Positions 23,436 through 32,829 of a stretch of DNA of 64,000 bases are shown here, one piece after another. This DNA is from Synechococcus sp. (GTDB taxonomy: Bacteria; Cyanobacteriota; Cyanobacteriia; PCC-6307; Cyanobiaceae): the NCBI GenBank assembly GCA_047285305.1, contig JBJBDL010000003.1, positions 1 through 64,000 on the forward strand. The letters run 5' to 3'. A program made the position numbers and the translations under genes. Every line of letters begins with the position of its first letter. The first letter of the stretch is position 1. The notes beneath the pieces were generated by a model. That model was not told where the DNA came from, searched no databases, and saw only the letters and a list, made by a program, of their open reading frames with translations.

Positions 23436-24422
23436 TCAGCGGCTCTGGAAGGGATTAGCCGGCATCCGCTCGCTGCAATGGAGCCGAGCCTCACCCAACC
23501 GCTGAAACTCCTGCGGCGACAATGACCACTGCAGTGCAGCGGCGACATCCCTGGCCTGCTCAGGAGTTCGCAGCCCCGGGATCGGCGTTGTGCCAAAAGC
23601 TCTGCACCAGTTCAAAGCAACTTGAACCATCGATGCCCCGCGCTCGATCGCGATGGCCTGCATCGCACTGCGCAACTCAAGACTTGCCGGAAGCAAGCGC
23701 TGGAACAAGCGTTGTCTCAACCAGGTGACAGGACGCCTCTCCTCAGACCCGGGAGCACAACCCAGCACGCCGAAAGCCAGAGGGCTATAGGCCAACACCT
23801 CCACACCAAGGTCCCTGCTGATGGCGACCAACTCGCTCAGCTGATCCTCCGCAGGTGCCAAGAGCGAGCACTGCACCTGAACGCTGCGCAGGGAAACGCC
23901 CCGCTCCAACAGACGGCGATGAATCAACACCAGGCGTTGGGGGCCCAGGTTAGACAGGCCCAACTCGTCCACTCGGCCAGACAAAACAAGATCAGCCAAG
24001 CCATCAAGAAGGCCTGTCTCCTGCCAGGGCGCGTAGCGCGCTGTGCTCCAGTGCAATTGCACACGCCGAAGCTGCCCTTTGAGCCGCGTTCGACTGGCCT
24101 CAAAGGCGGCATCAAAGCCCCGACGCCCCCATCGCCAGGGGAATGGGGCCAACTTCGTGGCCACCGTCAACTGTGATAGGCGCAGGGCTGGCAACTCGGT
24201 CATGAAGTCACCAAGCAACGCTTCACTGCGTCCACTCAGGCTTCCCGTGCCATAGGAATCCGCCGTGTCGATCAAGTTGAGCCCAGAGCTGAGGGCCTGT
24301 CGAAACGTGGCACGAAGTCGAGCGTCGTCGCGCTGGGCGTCATAACCCCAAACCGACTTGTTGCCCCAGGCCCAGGTGCCGAAACCAATGCCGCTCAACC
24401 GGGCGATGCTGCTGCCAGCCAT
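23436..24422 (-). CDS. Aldo/keto reductase
   Basis: GFGTWAWG, IDTADSYG, ATK, LAYSPL, PIPG. Confidence 0.88.
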   Translation of the reverse strand: MAGSSIARLSGIGFGTWAWGNKSVWGYDAQRDDARLRATFRQALSSGLNLIDTADSYGTGSLSGRSEALLGDFMTELPALRLSQLTVATKLAPFPWRWGRRGFDAAFEASRTRLKGQLRRVQLHWSTARYAPWQETGLLDGLADLVLSGRVDELGLSNLGPQRLVLIHRRLLERGVSLRSVQVQCSLLAPAEDQLSELVAISRDLGVEVLAYSPLAFGVLGCAPGSEERRPVTWLRQRLFQRLLPASLELRSAMQAIAIERGASMVQVALNWCRAFGTTPIPGLRTPEQARDVAAALQWSLSPQEFQRLGEARLHCSERMPANPFQSR

Positions 24423-24450
24423 GATCGCCAACAGCCCGTCCCGTTGCGTC

Positions 24451-24609
24451 ATGACCGCATCCCCCGCACAGGAACCTGCAAGATCGATCGATCAAGTCGT
24501 GGAGCGATCGACTGCCAATGCGGAGCGCATCCTCTGCAACCACTGCCGCAGAACCGCCAGCAATGGCATTCGCTGCCTGGGCATGTGCGTTGCCGACAGC
24601 GATTACTGA
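24451..24609 (+). CDS. Small Cys-rich conserved cyanobacterial protein
   Basis: 52 aa ending CNHCRRTASNGIRCLGMCVADSDY; stop overlaps the next ATG. Confidence 0.7.
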   Translation: MTASPAQEPARSIDQVVERSTANAERILCNHCRRTASNGIRCLGMCVADSDY

Positions 24610-25082
24610 TGATTCTTCTGTGGATAGCGCCACTGCTGCTTGCCGTGCCGGCAACGGTCAATCCAACCTTGGCTTTTGGTCGTCTAGAGCACAGGCCTGC
24701 GCGATGCCGCATCGTTTTCGGTGGGCGTTCTTTGGCCTGCGAGCGCCTGCAGATCAGCGCGAACGGAAGCCGTGGCCTGCGGCTTCGATTCATCGGAGAC
24801 GATCAAGAAACGAGGGGCAGCTACCAGTTGAGCTTCGTCAGTCTTGATGGAGATCAAGTCAGTCCGCTCAGCTGCGACACCTCAGGCTGCCGCGTGAATT
24901 CACGCCGCTGGAGCGCAAACCTGCTCAGCACATCATGGGTTCGCTTTGATGCCAGAGGCCTCCCCAAAGGCCTTCCTTCAACCCGCATGGCCCAGGGGCG
25001 TTGCTGGATTGATGAGGACACCGTGAGCTGCGAGAGTCACTCACGCAACGTTGTCGTCATGAGCGCGGAGGCTCAACTGTGA
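24609..25082 (+). CDS. Hypothetical exported protein
   Basis: Hydrophobic signal-like N-terminus and six Cys. Confidence 0.6.
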   Translation: MILLWIAPLLLAVPATVNPTLAFGRLEHRPARCRIVFGGRSLACERLQISANGSRGLRLRFIGDDQETRGSYQLSFVSLDGDQVSPLSCDTSGCRVNSRRWSANLLSTSWVRFDARGLPKGLPSTRMAQGRCWIDEDTVSCESHSRNVVVMSAEAQL

Positions 25083-25093
25083 TGAGGATGCAA

Positions 25094-25164
25094 AGGCGGC
25101 ACCCAGATTCGAACTGGGGATAAAGGATTTGCAATCCTCTGCCTTACCACTTGGCCATGCCGCC
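25094..25164 (-). tRNA. tRNA-Cys(GCA)
   Basis: GGCGGCATGGCCAAGTGGTAAGGCAGAGGATTGCAAATCCTT...GTTCGAATC cloverleaf. Confidence 0.96.
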
Positions 25165-25197
25165 GCCCGGGAACAGCTGTTCCCATCGGGGGATCGT

Positions 25198-26439
25198 ATC
25201 AGCCGTGCTCCTGGCTCTCTGCTGTTTCTCTGCAACGGCCACGGCGAAGACCTGATCACCCTGCGGATCATCCAGTCCGTGCATCGGCGCGCACCGCGAC
25301 GCCCCCTGACCGTGCTTCCTCTGGTAGGTGCCGGACGGGTGTTTGATGCTGCAGTTCAGCAGGGATGGCTGACACGCCTGGGGCCAAAAGCAGCCCTGCC
25401 CAGTGGTGGCTTCAGCAACCAAAGCCTGAGAGGGCTTCTTGCAGACGTCAGGGCTGGGCTCCCCAGCCTGAGCTGGAGTCAATGGCAGTTGGTGCGCCGC
25501 CTGGGACATGAGCGCCAACCCATCGTTGCCGTAGGTGATTTGCTGCCACTGCTGATGGCCTGGAGTAGTGGCGCCCCCTTCGGCTTCATCGGAACCCCCA
25601 AAAGCGACTACACCTGGCTCAGCGGTCCCGGACGGGCCAAAAGCGACTGCTACCACCGGCTCAAAGGCAGTGAGTGGGATCCCTGGGAATGGCGGTTGAT
25701 GCGCTCACGCCGTTGTCAACTGGTGGCCATGCGTGATCGGCTCACGGCCCGAGGCTTGCAACGCAAGGGCGTGGGCGCCCTTGCGCCGGGCAATCCGATG
25801 ATGGATGGCCTTCAAATCCAACCGCTGCCATCGGCCCTGGAACGCTGCCGCCGAGTGCTCCTGCTCTGCGGAAGTCGCATGCCGGAGGCCCAGCGCAACC
25901 TGCAGCGGTTGGTTCGCAGTGCCATGGCGCTGCCCGACCGTGTGCCGATGGCACTGCTCGTGGCCGTGGGCGCTCAACCCGATGCAGAGGCCCTGAGCGA
26001 CAGCCTCGAACACCTGGGTTTTCGACGCAGCCTTCCGCCTTCGGACCAACTGGGTGCCGAAGCGTGCTGGGTGAAAGGAGCTTGTCTGGTGCTGATCGGG
26101 CGAGGTTGCTTTGACCAATGGGCCGGCTGGGCAGAAGCCGGCATCGCCACCGCCGGAACGGCGACGGAACAACTGGTGGGGCTGGGCATTCCGGCCCTGT
26201 CCCTCCCGGGACCAGGACCGCAGTTCAAGCCGGGCTTCGCCCGCCGCCAGAGCCGCCTGCTGGGGGGAGCGGTTCGTCCCTGCTCTGATGAATCAGAGCT
26301 GACCACACGGCTCGAAGTCCTTCTGGCTGACCCGGCACTCCGCTGCCACCTGGGACGGATCGGTACGCAGCGGATGGGGCCAGCAGGGGGAAGCGATCAG
26401 CTGGCACGCCTGATCCTGGATCGCTTCAACGGATACTGA
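25198..26439 (+). CDS. Lipid-A-disaccharide synthase-related glycosyltransferase (TIGR03492-like); start uncertain
   Basis: NGHGED, LPSGGF, GTPKSDY, GNPMMD, AGTATEQLVGLG motifs. Confidence 0.8.
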   Translation: MSRAPGSLLFLCNGHGEDLITLRIIQSVHRRAPRRPLTVLPLVGAGRVFDAAVQQGWLTRLGPKAALPSGGFSNQSLRGLLADVRAGLPSLSWSQWQLVRRLGHERQPIVAVGDLLPLLMAWSSGAPFGFIGTPKSDYTWLSGPGRAKSDCYHRLKGSEWDPWEWRLMRSRRCQLVAMRDRLTARGLQRKGVGALAPGNPMMDGLQIQPLPSALERCRRVLLLCGSRMPEAQRNLQRLVRSAMALPDRVPMALLVAVGAQPDAEALSDSLEHLGFRRSLPPSDQLGAEACWVKGACLVLIGRGCFDQWAGWAEAGIATAGTATEQLVGLGIPALSLPGPGPQFKPGFARRQSRLLGGAVRPCSDESELTTRLEVLLADPALRCHLGRIGTQRMGPAGGSDQLARLILDRFNGY

Positions 26440-26458
26440 AGATCCCCGGTTGGTTGCG

Positions 26459-26716
26459 ATGGCCGCGATTCAAGACCCCACACTCGTCAAACTATGTGCC
26501 CAGTTGGCGAGTCGACTGAGCATCAGCCTTGCTAGTGCCCGACGCCAGGTGGAACAGGCCGCGGCCCGAGAAGGTCATCGCGATGTAGAAGGACGGCGAG
26601 CAATGGCTGAATCCATGCTGGCCGCCCTCGACAAGGACAACGGTGACCACGCCCGTCAGCTGGACGCGTTGCTCGAGAACAGCGAAGGCGACGGCAACTT
26701 CATGCTGGAAGACTGA
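26459..26716 (+). CDS. Conserved hypothetical protein
   Basis: Short ORF filling the gap, LASRLSISLASARR...NFMLED. Confidence 0.65.
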   Translation: MAAIQDPTLVKLCAQLASRLSISLASARRQVEQAAAREGHRDVEGRRAMAESMLAALDKDNGDHARQLDALLENSEGDGNFMLED

Positions 26717-26725
26717 GCTCCAGCC

Positions 26726-27370
26726 TCAGTGCTCAAAGATCTGGTGAAAGCGCAGCCGATCCAGCTCGGCAACCACTGGAACGCATTGAAAGCAGCGTTG
26801 CGCCAGATCCCAGCGCCCTTCCCGCCGCAACATTTGCTCCAGGCGCTCGCGGGCTGGCAGCAGATAGCGCACATCGTTGGCGGCGTAGGCCAACTGGGCA
26901 TCCGTGAGTTCGTCCACCCGGCCCCAGTCACTGCTCTGGGCGCCCTTGTCCAACTCAACACCGACCAATTCCATCACCAGATCCTTGAGGCCATGGCGGG
27001 GGGTGTACGTGCGGCCGAGCCGACTGCCGACCTTGGTGCAGAACACGGGGTTCACTTCAATTCCCAAACCGGCGGCAAGCGCAGCCACATCAAAACGGGC
27101 GAAGTGAAACACCTTCTCCACCGTGGACGCCTCAAACAGGCGCTTGAGATTCGGTGCCTCGGTCTGGCCCAGGCCAATGCGGACGCAGGCCACACGGTCC
27201 TCGGCGTCGGCGATCTGAACCAGGCAAAGCCGATCACGCCCATGGATCAGCCCCATCGCTTCGGTGTCAACGGCAAGCCGCGGGGACTGCAAGTAGCGCT
27301 CCGTCCAAGCTGCATCGAGATCGCGATCAAAGACGGCGAATTCCGCTGGGGATGACGACTTCTCAGCCAT
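26726..27370 (-). CDS. rnd: Ribonuclease D-like 3'-5' exonuclease
   Basis: AVDTE, FHFARFD, SDW, YAANDV (DEDDy). Confidence 0.85.
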   Translation of the reverse strand: MAEKSSSPAEFAVFDRDLDAAWTERYLQSPRLAVDTEAMGLIHGRDRLCLVQIADAEDRVACVRIGLGQTEAPNLKRLFEASTVEKVFHFARFDVAALAAGLGIEVNPVFCTKVGSRLGRTYTPRHGLKDLVMELVGVELDKGAQSSDWGRVDELTDAQLAYAANDVRYLLPARERLEQMLRREGRWDLAQRCFQCVPVVAELDRLRFHQIFEH

Positions 27371-27485
27371 GACTTCAGGAAGGGATAGGGCCAGTGTGGC
27401 CAACCACCTCCACAGCAAGTCTCAAGACTCTCCTCTTGAATCTCTAAATGAGATCGTTTTTTATTGGTGAAGTCATCTCGCGCCT

Positions 27486-27869
27486 GTGTTCTCTCGCAGA
27501 AAGCCTTCGCGCACCTGTCTGGCAGACATCGAGCAGTACTTCCATCAGCCGCCGCCGCAATTCCTCGACCTGGAACTGGCTGTCTGCTGGATCCTCGAGT
27601 GCTTGCTCAAAGACGACAACTACCCCTCCGGACTCCTGCAGAAACTGATCCGGGAGGAGCCGAAACTTCGGCTATCTGAAACCGTGCTGCAACAGGCCCT
27701 GGAGTTCCTTGAGCAACAGGGCTCGATCAGCAGTTACACACAGCGCTGCCCGAGTCGCGGACGGCCACGGCGCATGCTGCACCTTGAATCCGATGCACGC
27801 GGCGAAGCCGAGCGACTGATGCACCCCTGGCGCAGCTGGCTGGACTCCCACCGGTTCGCCTTGAACTAA
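27486..27869 (+). CDS. pex: PadR-family regulator, circadian period extender Pex
   Basis: ELAVCWIL, RLSETVL, RGRPRRM motifs. Confidence 0.75.
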   Translation: MFSRRKPSRTCLADIEQYFHQPPPQFLDLELAVCWILECLLKDDNYPSGLLQKLIREEPKLRLSETVLQQALEFLEQQGSISSYTQRCPSRGRPRRMLHLESDARGEAERLMHPWRSWLDSHRFALN

Positions 27870-27919
27870 GCGATTCAGCCGGCGCAAGGCTTAAAAAGGT
27901 TGGACACAATCGGGATGCC

Positions 27920-28474
27920 ATGCCTGCAGGATTCCAATCCACCCTCCTGCTGACTGTTCTGCTAGCGATTGGTCTGGTCTTCTTTCTGCGTGCAGCCAGC
28001 AAAGACCGAACCACAGTGGTGGACGTGATGTCCCCCCAACCCCCCATCACCGTGCTTGACGGGCTCAGCACTTGGCTGGAAGACCGTGGGTGGAGCCGGG
28101 ATGGCGGCGATGCTGCGCGCCAAGTGCTCCGCTTCAAGGGGAAAGTGGCCTCCAGCCAACCCCTTGCGGTGTTGCTGTCGATACTGGCGGCCATTGGCTC
28201 TGCCTGCTTCGGTCTGGTCCTACGTCAGCTGGCACCCCAACTGCACTGGTGGCCTCTGCTGCTGATCGGTCTCGGCCCTCTGGCGGGAGCTGTTTACACG
28301 CGGCGGGCTGCTCGCACAGAAGCCCTGGAACTGCAACTCCTTCCTGCTCCCGAGGGAGACGGCAGCGCCATTCGTCTGCGGGCTCATCGGGACGAATTGA
28401 TCGCCATCGAACTGGAACTGGCTGAGACCCTGCAACTCGCCAGTGATGGATCCCTTCTCTCCTCCCCCATCTGA
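27920..28474 (+). CDS. Cytochrome b6f heme ci assembly factor Ccb1-like
   Basis: IGLVFFLRAASKDRT, AHRDEL, three TM segments. Confidence 0.75.
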   Translation: MPAGFQSTLLLTVLLAIGLVFFLRAASKDRTTVVDVMSPQPPITVLDGLSTWLEDRGWSRDGGDAARQVLRFKGKVASSQPLAVLLSILAAIGSACFGLVLRQLAPQLHWWPLLLIGLGPLAGAVYTRRAARTEALELQLLPAPEGDGSAIRLRAHRDELIAIELELAETLQLASDGSLLSSPI

Positions 28475-28477
28475 ACC

Positions 28478-29311
28478 ATGCGTCTGCCGGCCTGGACGCG
28501 ACGGCGTCGCTTTGCCTCAGGGCTTGCCATCACAGGCCTGTCACTGGCAACCCTGGCGATGACCAAGGCTGCTGAACAGCACAACTGGCTTGGCACAGCC
28601 GAGCCCAGCAAAAAACCGGCACCGAAACAGCCAGATCCCTGCCCCTCACCGGCCACCCCAGATCCCCTGCTAGGCCAACGCACAAAGAAACCCGGGAGAT
28701 GGGTCGGGAGAAGCCCTGTGCAGAGCAACCTGCCAATCGTCGTCATGGCAGGACATGCCGACTCCCAGGGCACCGCCAGTCCAGGAACCCCTGGATATGC
28801 CGTGGATCAGCAGAAGCGACCGCCGATGCAACCGGGCATTCGCGATGAGCTGTTCTGGAACCGCGAAGTTCAGGCCGCTGTGGTGAGCCAAGGCCAGGCC
28901 CGTGGCCTGAACATCCGCGCCTACACCCCGCCGTCAATCAGCATCTCGAAGGATGACAACCCCAGCACCAACTGGTCGAAGGCAAAGGTCTTTTCTGAGC
29001 GTGGTGAATACGTTCTGGAGATCCATTTCGATGCCTACCGGCCCTATGGCTTCGGCTCCGGGCTGATTCCGGTGCTCCCAAATGTGCGTGAACTGAATGT
29101 CGTCGATGAAAGCCTTTCGCAGGTATTTGGGCGCTACCCACGCCTGTTCCGCGGAGGTCTTGGCGGCCCGCGGCGCGGCATCGGAATTCTTGAAATCGCC
29201 ATGCTCGAGCCGCCTCTCGAGACGAAACTGAGGGATCCAGGCTCAAGAGAGCACACGGTGAATTGCCTGGCCGAGCGCGTAGTGAACGCGCTCGTTCAAG
29301 GCGTCAGTTAG
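28478..29311 (+). CDS. N-acetylmuramoyl-L-alanine amidase-like protein (Amidase_3 fold)
   Basis: VMAGHAD, E, LEIHFD, ILEI zinc-amidase pattern; N-terminal signal/anchor. Confidence 0.65.
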   Translation: MRLPAWTRRRRFASGLAITGLSLATLAMTKAAEQHNWLGTAEPSKKPAPKQPDPCPSPATPDPLLGQRTKKPGRWVGRSPVQSNLPIVVMAGHADSQGTASPGTPGYAVDQQKRPPMQPGIRDELFWNREVQAAVVSQGQARGLNIRAYTPPSISISKDDNPSTNWSKAKVFSERGEYVLEIHFDAYRPYGFGSGLIPVLPNVRELNVVDESLSQVFGRYPRLFRGGLGGPRRGIGILEIAMLEPPLETKLRDPGSREHTVNCLAERVVNALVQGVS

Positions 29312-30396
29312 TTGATTGCTCCATGGGGGCGGCAGCGCTCATCCAGCGAGGCATCACCGAGCCAGTCCTGCGGCTTGGTGAACAGTTCGGTCAGCAGGGC
29401 CTCCCGTGATCCAGCCTCGGCGGTGTAGCCGTACTCCCAACGCACCAGCGGGGGCAGAGACATCAGGATCGACTCCGTCCGTCCATTGGTCTGCAGGCCG
29501 AAGATCGTGCCACGGTCCCAGACCAGGTTGAACTCCACATAACGGCCCCGGCGATAAAGCTGAAAGTCCCTTTCGCGATTGCCGTAGGCCATCTGATGGC
29601 GCTTCTCCACGATGGGGGCATAGGCGGGCAGAAAGGCTCTGCCATTTGCCTGCCCCAAGGAGAACAGCTGCTCCCAACTCAACGGCCGAGCCCCCAAACG
29701 AGCTGACACCTGAGCCGCAGGCCCGGAGGGATCCTGACCCTTGTAGAGGGTGCCGTTGGCATCTTGGTAGTCGTAAAAGATGCCGCCAACGCCGCGGGTT
29801 TCACCGCGGTGCTTCAAATAAAAGTACTCATCGCACCAGGGCTTGAACACCTTGTGCAGATCCGGGTGAACCGAATCACAGGCCGCCTGATGGGTGCGAT
29901 GAAAATGACGGGCGTCGTCGAGGAACGGGTAGTAGGGCGTGAGGTCGGCACCACCGCCGAACCACCACACCGGGCCCGCCTCGAAGTAGCGGTAATTGAG
30001 ATGAACCGTGGGGATATAGGGGTTGCGCGGATGCAGAACCATCGAGGTTCCCGTGGCGAACCAGGGATGCCCCTTCGCCTCAGGACGCTGCTTGAGGATC
30101 GACGGGGGCAGTTCTTCGCCTTGAACCTCGGAGAAATTCACGCCTCCCTGTTCAAAGACGCGGCCCTCACGCATCACCCTGGAGCGCCCCCCACCCCCTT
30201 CAGGCCTGACCCAACTCTCTTCAACGAAGTGACCTTCACCGTCGAGGGCTTCCAGGCCCGCACAGATTTCGTCCTGCAGCCCCATCACCATCGCCCGGGC
30301 CCGCTCTCTGGAATCGCTCGGGGGCAGCTCGAGGGGAGCCTTGCTGACACCCATGTCCTGGCGTCCGAGGACGCGGCGAATCAGGGAGCGGACCAT
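29308..30396 (-). CDS. hemF: Oxygen-dependent coproporphyrinogen III oxidase
   Basis: [38 protein letters not shown]. Confidence 0.96.
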   Translation of the reverse strand: MVRSLIRRVLGRQDMGVSKAPLELPPSDSRERARAMVMGLQDEICAGLEALDGEGHFVEESWVRPEGGGGRSRVMREGRVFEQGGVNFSEVQGEELPPSILKQRPEAKGHPWFATGTSMVLHPRNPYIPTVHLNYRYFEAGPVWWFGGGADLTPYYPFLDDARHFHRTHQAACDSVHPDLHKVFKPWCDEYFYLKHRGETRGVGGIFYDYQDANGTLYKGQDPSGPAAQVSARLGARPLSWEQLFSLGQANGRAFLPAYAPIVEKRHQMAYGNRERDFQLYRRGRYVEFNLVWDRGTIFGLQTNGRTESILMSLPPLVRWEYGYTAEAGSREALLTELFTKPQDWLGDASLDERCRPHGAIN

Positions 30397-30511
30397 GTGT
30401 CAGAGACTGAAGACATCGAAACCTAACCAGGTCACCCCAGGCCTGGACAAGCATCCGTCAGGGACTGTCACGGGCGGCGCCCCTAGGATCCGGCTTGCAT
30501 TTATGAAACGG

Positions 30512-31588
30512 ATGACCCCGGTCGAGCAGGCCAACCAAGCCCTCCAGCAAGTCAAAGATGCCGGCAGTGGCAAAACGGCCCTGGAGCTCGGCTGGATCGA
30601 ACAGATCCGCATCACCCCGCCGCGGGCTGTATTTCGCCTCAGCCTTCCAGGCTTCGCACAAAGCCAGCGTGACCGCATCGTGGCTGAAGCACGGGGCGCT
30701 CTGATGACCCTCGATGGCATTGACGACGTGCAGATCGAGATCGGCCAACCGCCAAGCCAAGGGGGCATTGGCCAGGCCGGCCATGGTCAGCCGGCGGAAC
30801 GCCAGTCGATCCCCGGCGTCCGTCAGGTGATTGCAGTGAGCAGCGGCAAGGGCGGCGTTGGCAAGAGCACCGTCGCGGTCAATCTGGCCTGCGCCCTCGC
30901 CCAGACCGGGCTGCGGGTCGGACTTCTGGACGCCGATATCTACGGGCCGAACGCACCCACCATGCTGGGCGTCGCTGACCAAACACCTGAGGTGCAGGGC
31001 AGCGGCGATCAGCAGCGGATTGTCCCGATCGAGACCTGCGGCATCGCCATGGTGTCGATGGGTCTGCTGATCGACGATCACCAGCCTGTGATCTGGCGCG
31101 GCCCGATGCTCAACGGCATCATTCGGCAGTTCCTGTATCAGGCCGAATGGGGTGAGCGGGACGTTCTCATCGTTGATCTGCCGCCAGGCACCGGTGATGC
31201 ACAGCTCTCCCTGGCCCAGGCGGTGCCGATGGCCGGCGTTGTGATCGTGACCACCCCACAACAGGTGTCGCTGCAGGATGCGCGACGGGGTCTTGCCATG
31301 TTCCGGCAGATGGGTATTCCCGTTCTGGGCGTGGTGGAGAACATGAGCGCCTTTATTCCTCCGGACCGTCCCGACTGCCGCTACGCCCTCTTCGGCAGTG
31401 GCGGCGGAGCCCAACTTGCCGCCGACTATGACGTTCCCCTTCTGGCTCAGATCCCCATGGAAATGCCCGTGCAGGAAGGCAGTGACACGGGACGACCGAT
31501 CGTGATTAACCGCAGCGACTCCGCCAGTGCCGCCGAGTTCAAGGGCCTTGCTGAAGCGGTACTCGAGGCCGTCACCCAGCCCGTGTGA
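30512..31588 (+). CDS. mrp: Mrp/ApbC/NBP35 Fe-S cluster carrier ATPase
   Basis: SGKGGVGKST, DADIYGP, DLPPGTGD, ENMS. Confidence 0.92.
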   Translation: MTPVEQANQALQQVKDAGSGKTALELGWIEQIRITPPRAVFRLSLPGFAQSQRDRIVAEARGALMTLDGIDDVQIEIGQPPSQGGIGQAGHGQPAERQSIPGVRQVIAVSSGKGGVGKSTVAVNLACALAQTGLRVGLLDADIYGPNAPTMLGVADQTPEVQGSGDQQRIVPIETCGIAMVSMGLLIDDHQPVIWRGPMLNGIIRQFLYQAEWGERDVLIVDLPPGTGDAQLSLAQAVPMAGVVIVTTPQQVSLQDARRGLAMFRQMGIPVLGVVENMSAFIPPDRPDCRYALFGSGGGAQLAADYDVPLLAQIPMEMPVQEGSDTGRPIVINRSDSASAAEFKGLAEAVLEAVTQPV

Positions 31589-32829
31589 CGATGTTCAGCC
31601 GACGTGACCGCCGCAGATCGCACCGGGAGTGGGTGCTCTGGGGGGTTCCGCTAGGAATGATCGCCATCGCCGGGGTGCTGATAGCCAGCACCCAACGCCA
31701 GGCGGACTATGCCGACTGGTATCACCACTGGATCACCGCGGCCTTCGGAGTGCTGCTGGCGCTGGGACTGAAACGGCTGCCGCTGCAGCGTCTCCGGCCT
31801 CTTTTGGTTCCCGTCTACGCCCTCACGGTGATCAGCCTGGTGGCAGTGCGCGTGATTGGAACCACAGCGCTGGGCGCCCAACGCTGGATCAGTATTGGCG
31901 GGGTTCATGTTCAGCCATCGGAATTCGCCAAGATCGCGGCGATCCTGCTCGTGGCTGCAGTCTTGTCGCGACACCCGGTGGAACGACCGGTTGATCTGAT
32001 GCGGCCGCTCGGGGTGATTGCAGTGCCTTGGCTGTTGGTGTTCATCCAGCCTGATCTGGGCACATCGCTTGTGTTCGGCGCCCTGATGCTCACGATGCTG
32101 TATTGGTCTGGGATGCCGGTCGAGTGGGTGATTCTGTTGTTGTCACCGCTGGTGACGGCCCTGCTCTCAGGCCTTCTCCCCTGGGCCATTGCCCTCTGGA
32201 TCCCGCTGATGGGAGTTCTCACGTACCGCTCCCTGCCCTGGAAACGTCTGGCAGCCACAGCAACCCTGGCCATCCACGGCGCCATGGCTGCTGTGACGCC
32301 ATGGCTCTGGATGCATGGTTTGAAGGACTATCAACGGGATCGTTTGGTGCTGTTCCTCGACCCCAGTCAGGATCCATTGGGCGGGGGCTATCACCTGCTT
32401 CAGAGCACCGTTGGCATCGGTTCAGGCGGCGTCTTGGGCACAGGTCTTCTTCAAGGACAACTGACAAAGCTTCGTTTCATCCCTGAACAGCACACCGATT
32501 TCATCTTCAGCGCCCTGGGCGAGGAAACCGGTTTCATTGGCTGCTTATTGGTGGTTCTTGGCTTTGCCGCGTTGATGGCACGGTTGCTCCAGATCGCGCG
32601 CAATGCCCGCACCGACTTCGAATCACTCGTGGTGATCGGGATCGGCACGATGCTGATGTTCCAGGTGGTGGTCAACATCTTCATGACCATCGGCCTGGGC
32701 CCCGTCACAGGAATCCCCCTGCCCTTCCTGAGTTATGGGCGCTCAGCCATGGTGGTGAACTTCATCGCGCTCGGCCTCTGCCTGTCGGTGGTCCAACAAA
32801 GCCGTCGCTCCTTGGCGCACCTCCGTTGA
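31585..32829 (+). CDS. rodA: Rod shape-determining protein RodA
   Basis: GAQRWI, QPSEFAK, QPDLGT, HTDFIF, TGIPLPFLSYG. Confidence 0.93.
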   Translation: MTMFSRRDRRRSHREWVLWGVPLGMIAIAGVLIASTQRQADYADWYHHWITAAFGVLLALGLKRLPLQRLRPLLVPVYALTVISLVAVRVIGTTALGAQRWISIGGVHVQPSEFAKIAAILLVAAVLSRHPVERPVDLMRPLGVIAVPWLLVFIQPDLGTSLVFGALMLTMLYWSGMPVEWVILLLSPLVTALLSGLLPWAIALWIPLMGVLTYRSLPWKRLAATATLAIHGAMAAVTPWLWMHGLKDYQRDRLVLFLDPSQDPLGGGYHLLQSTVGIGSGGVLGTGLLQGQLTKLRFIPEQHTDFIFSALGEETGFIGCLLVVLGFAALMARLLQIARNARTDFESLVVIGIGTMLMFQVVVNIFMTIGLGPVTGIPLPFLSYGRSAMVVNFIALGLCLSVVQQSRRSLAHLR

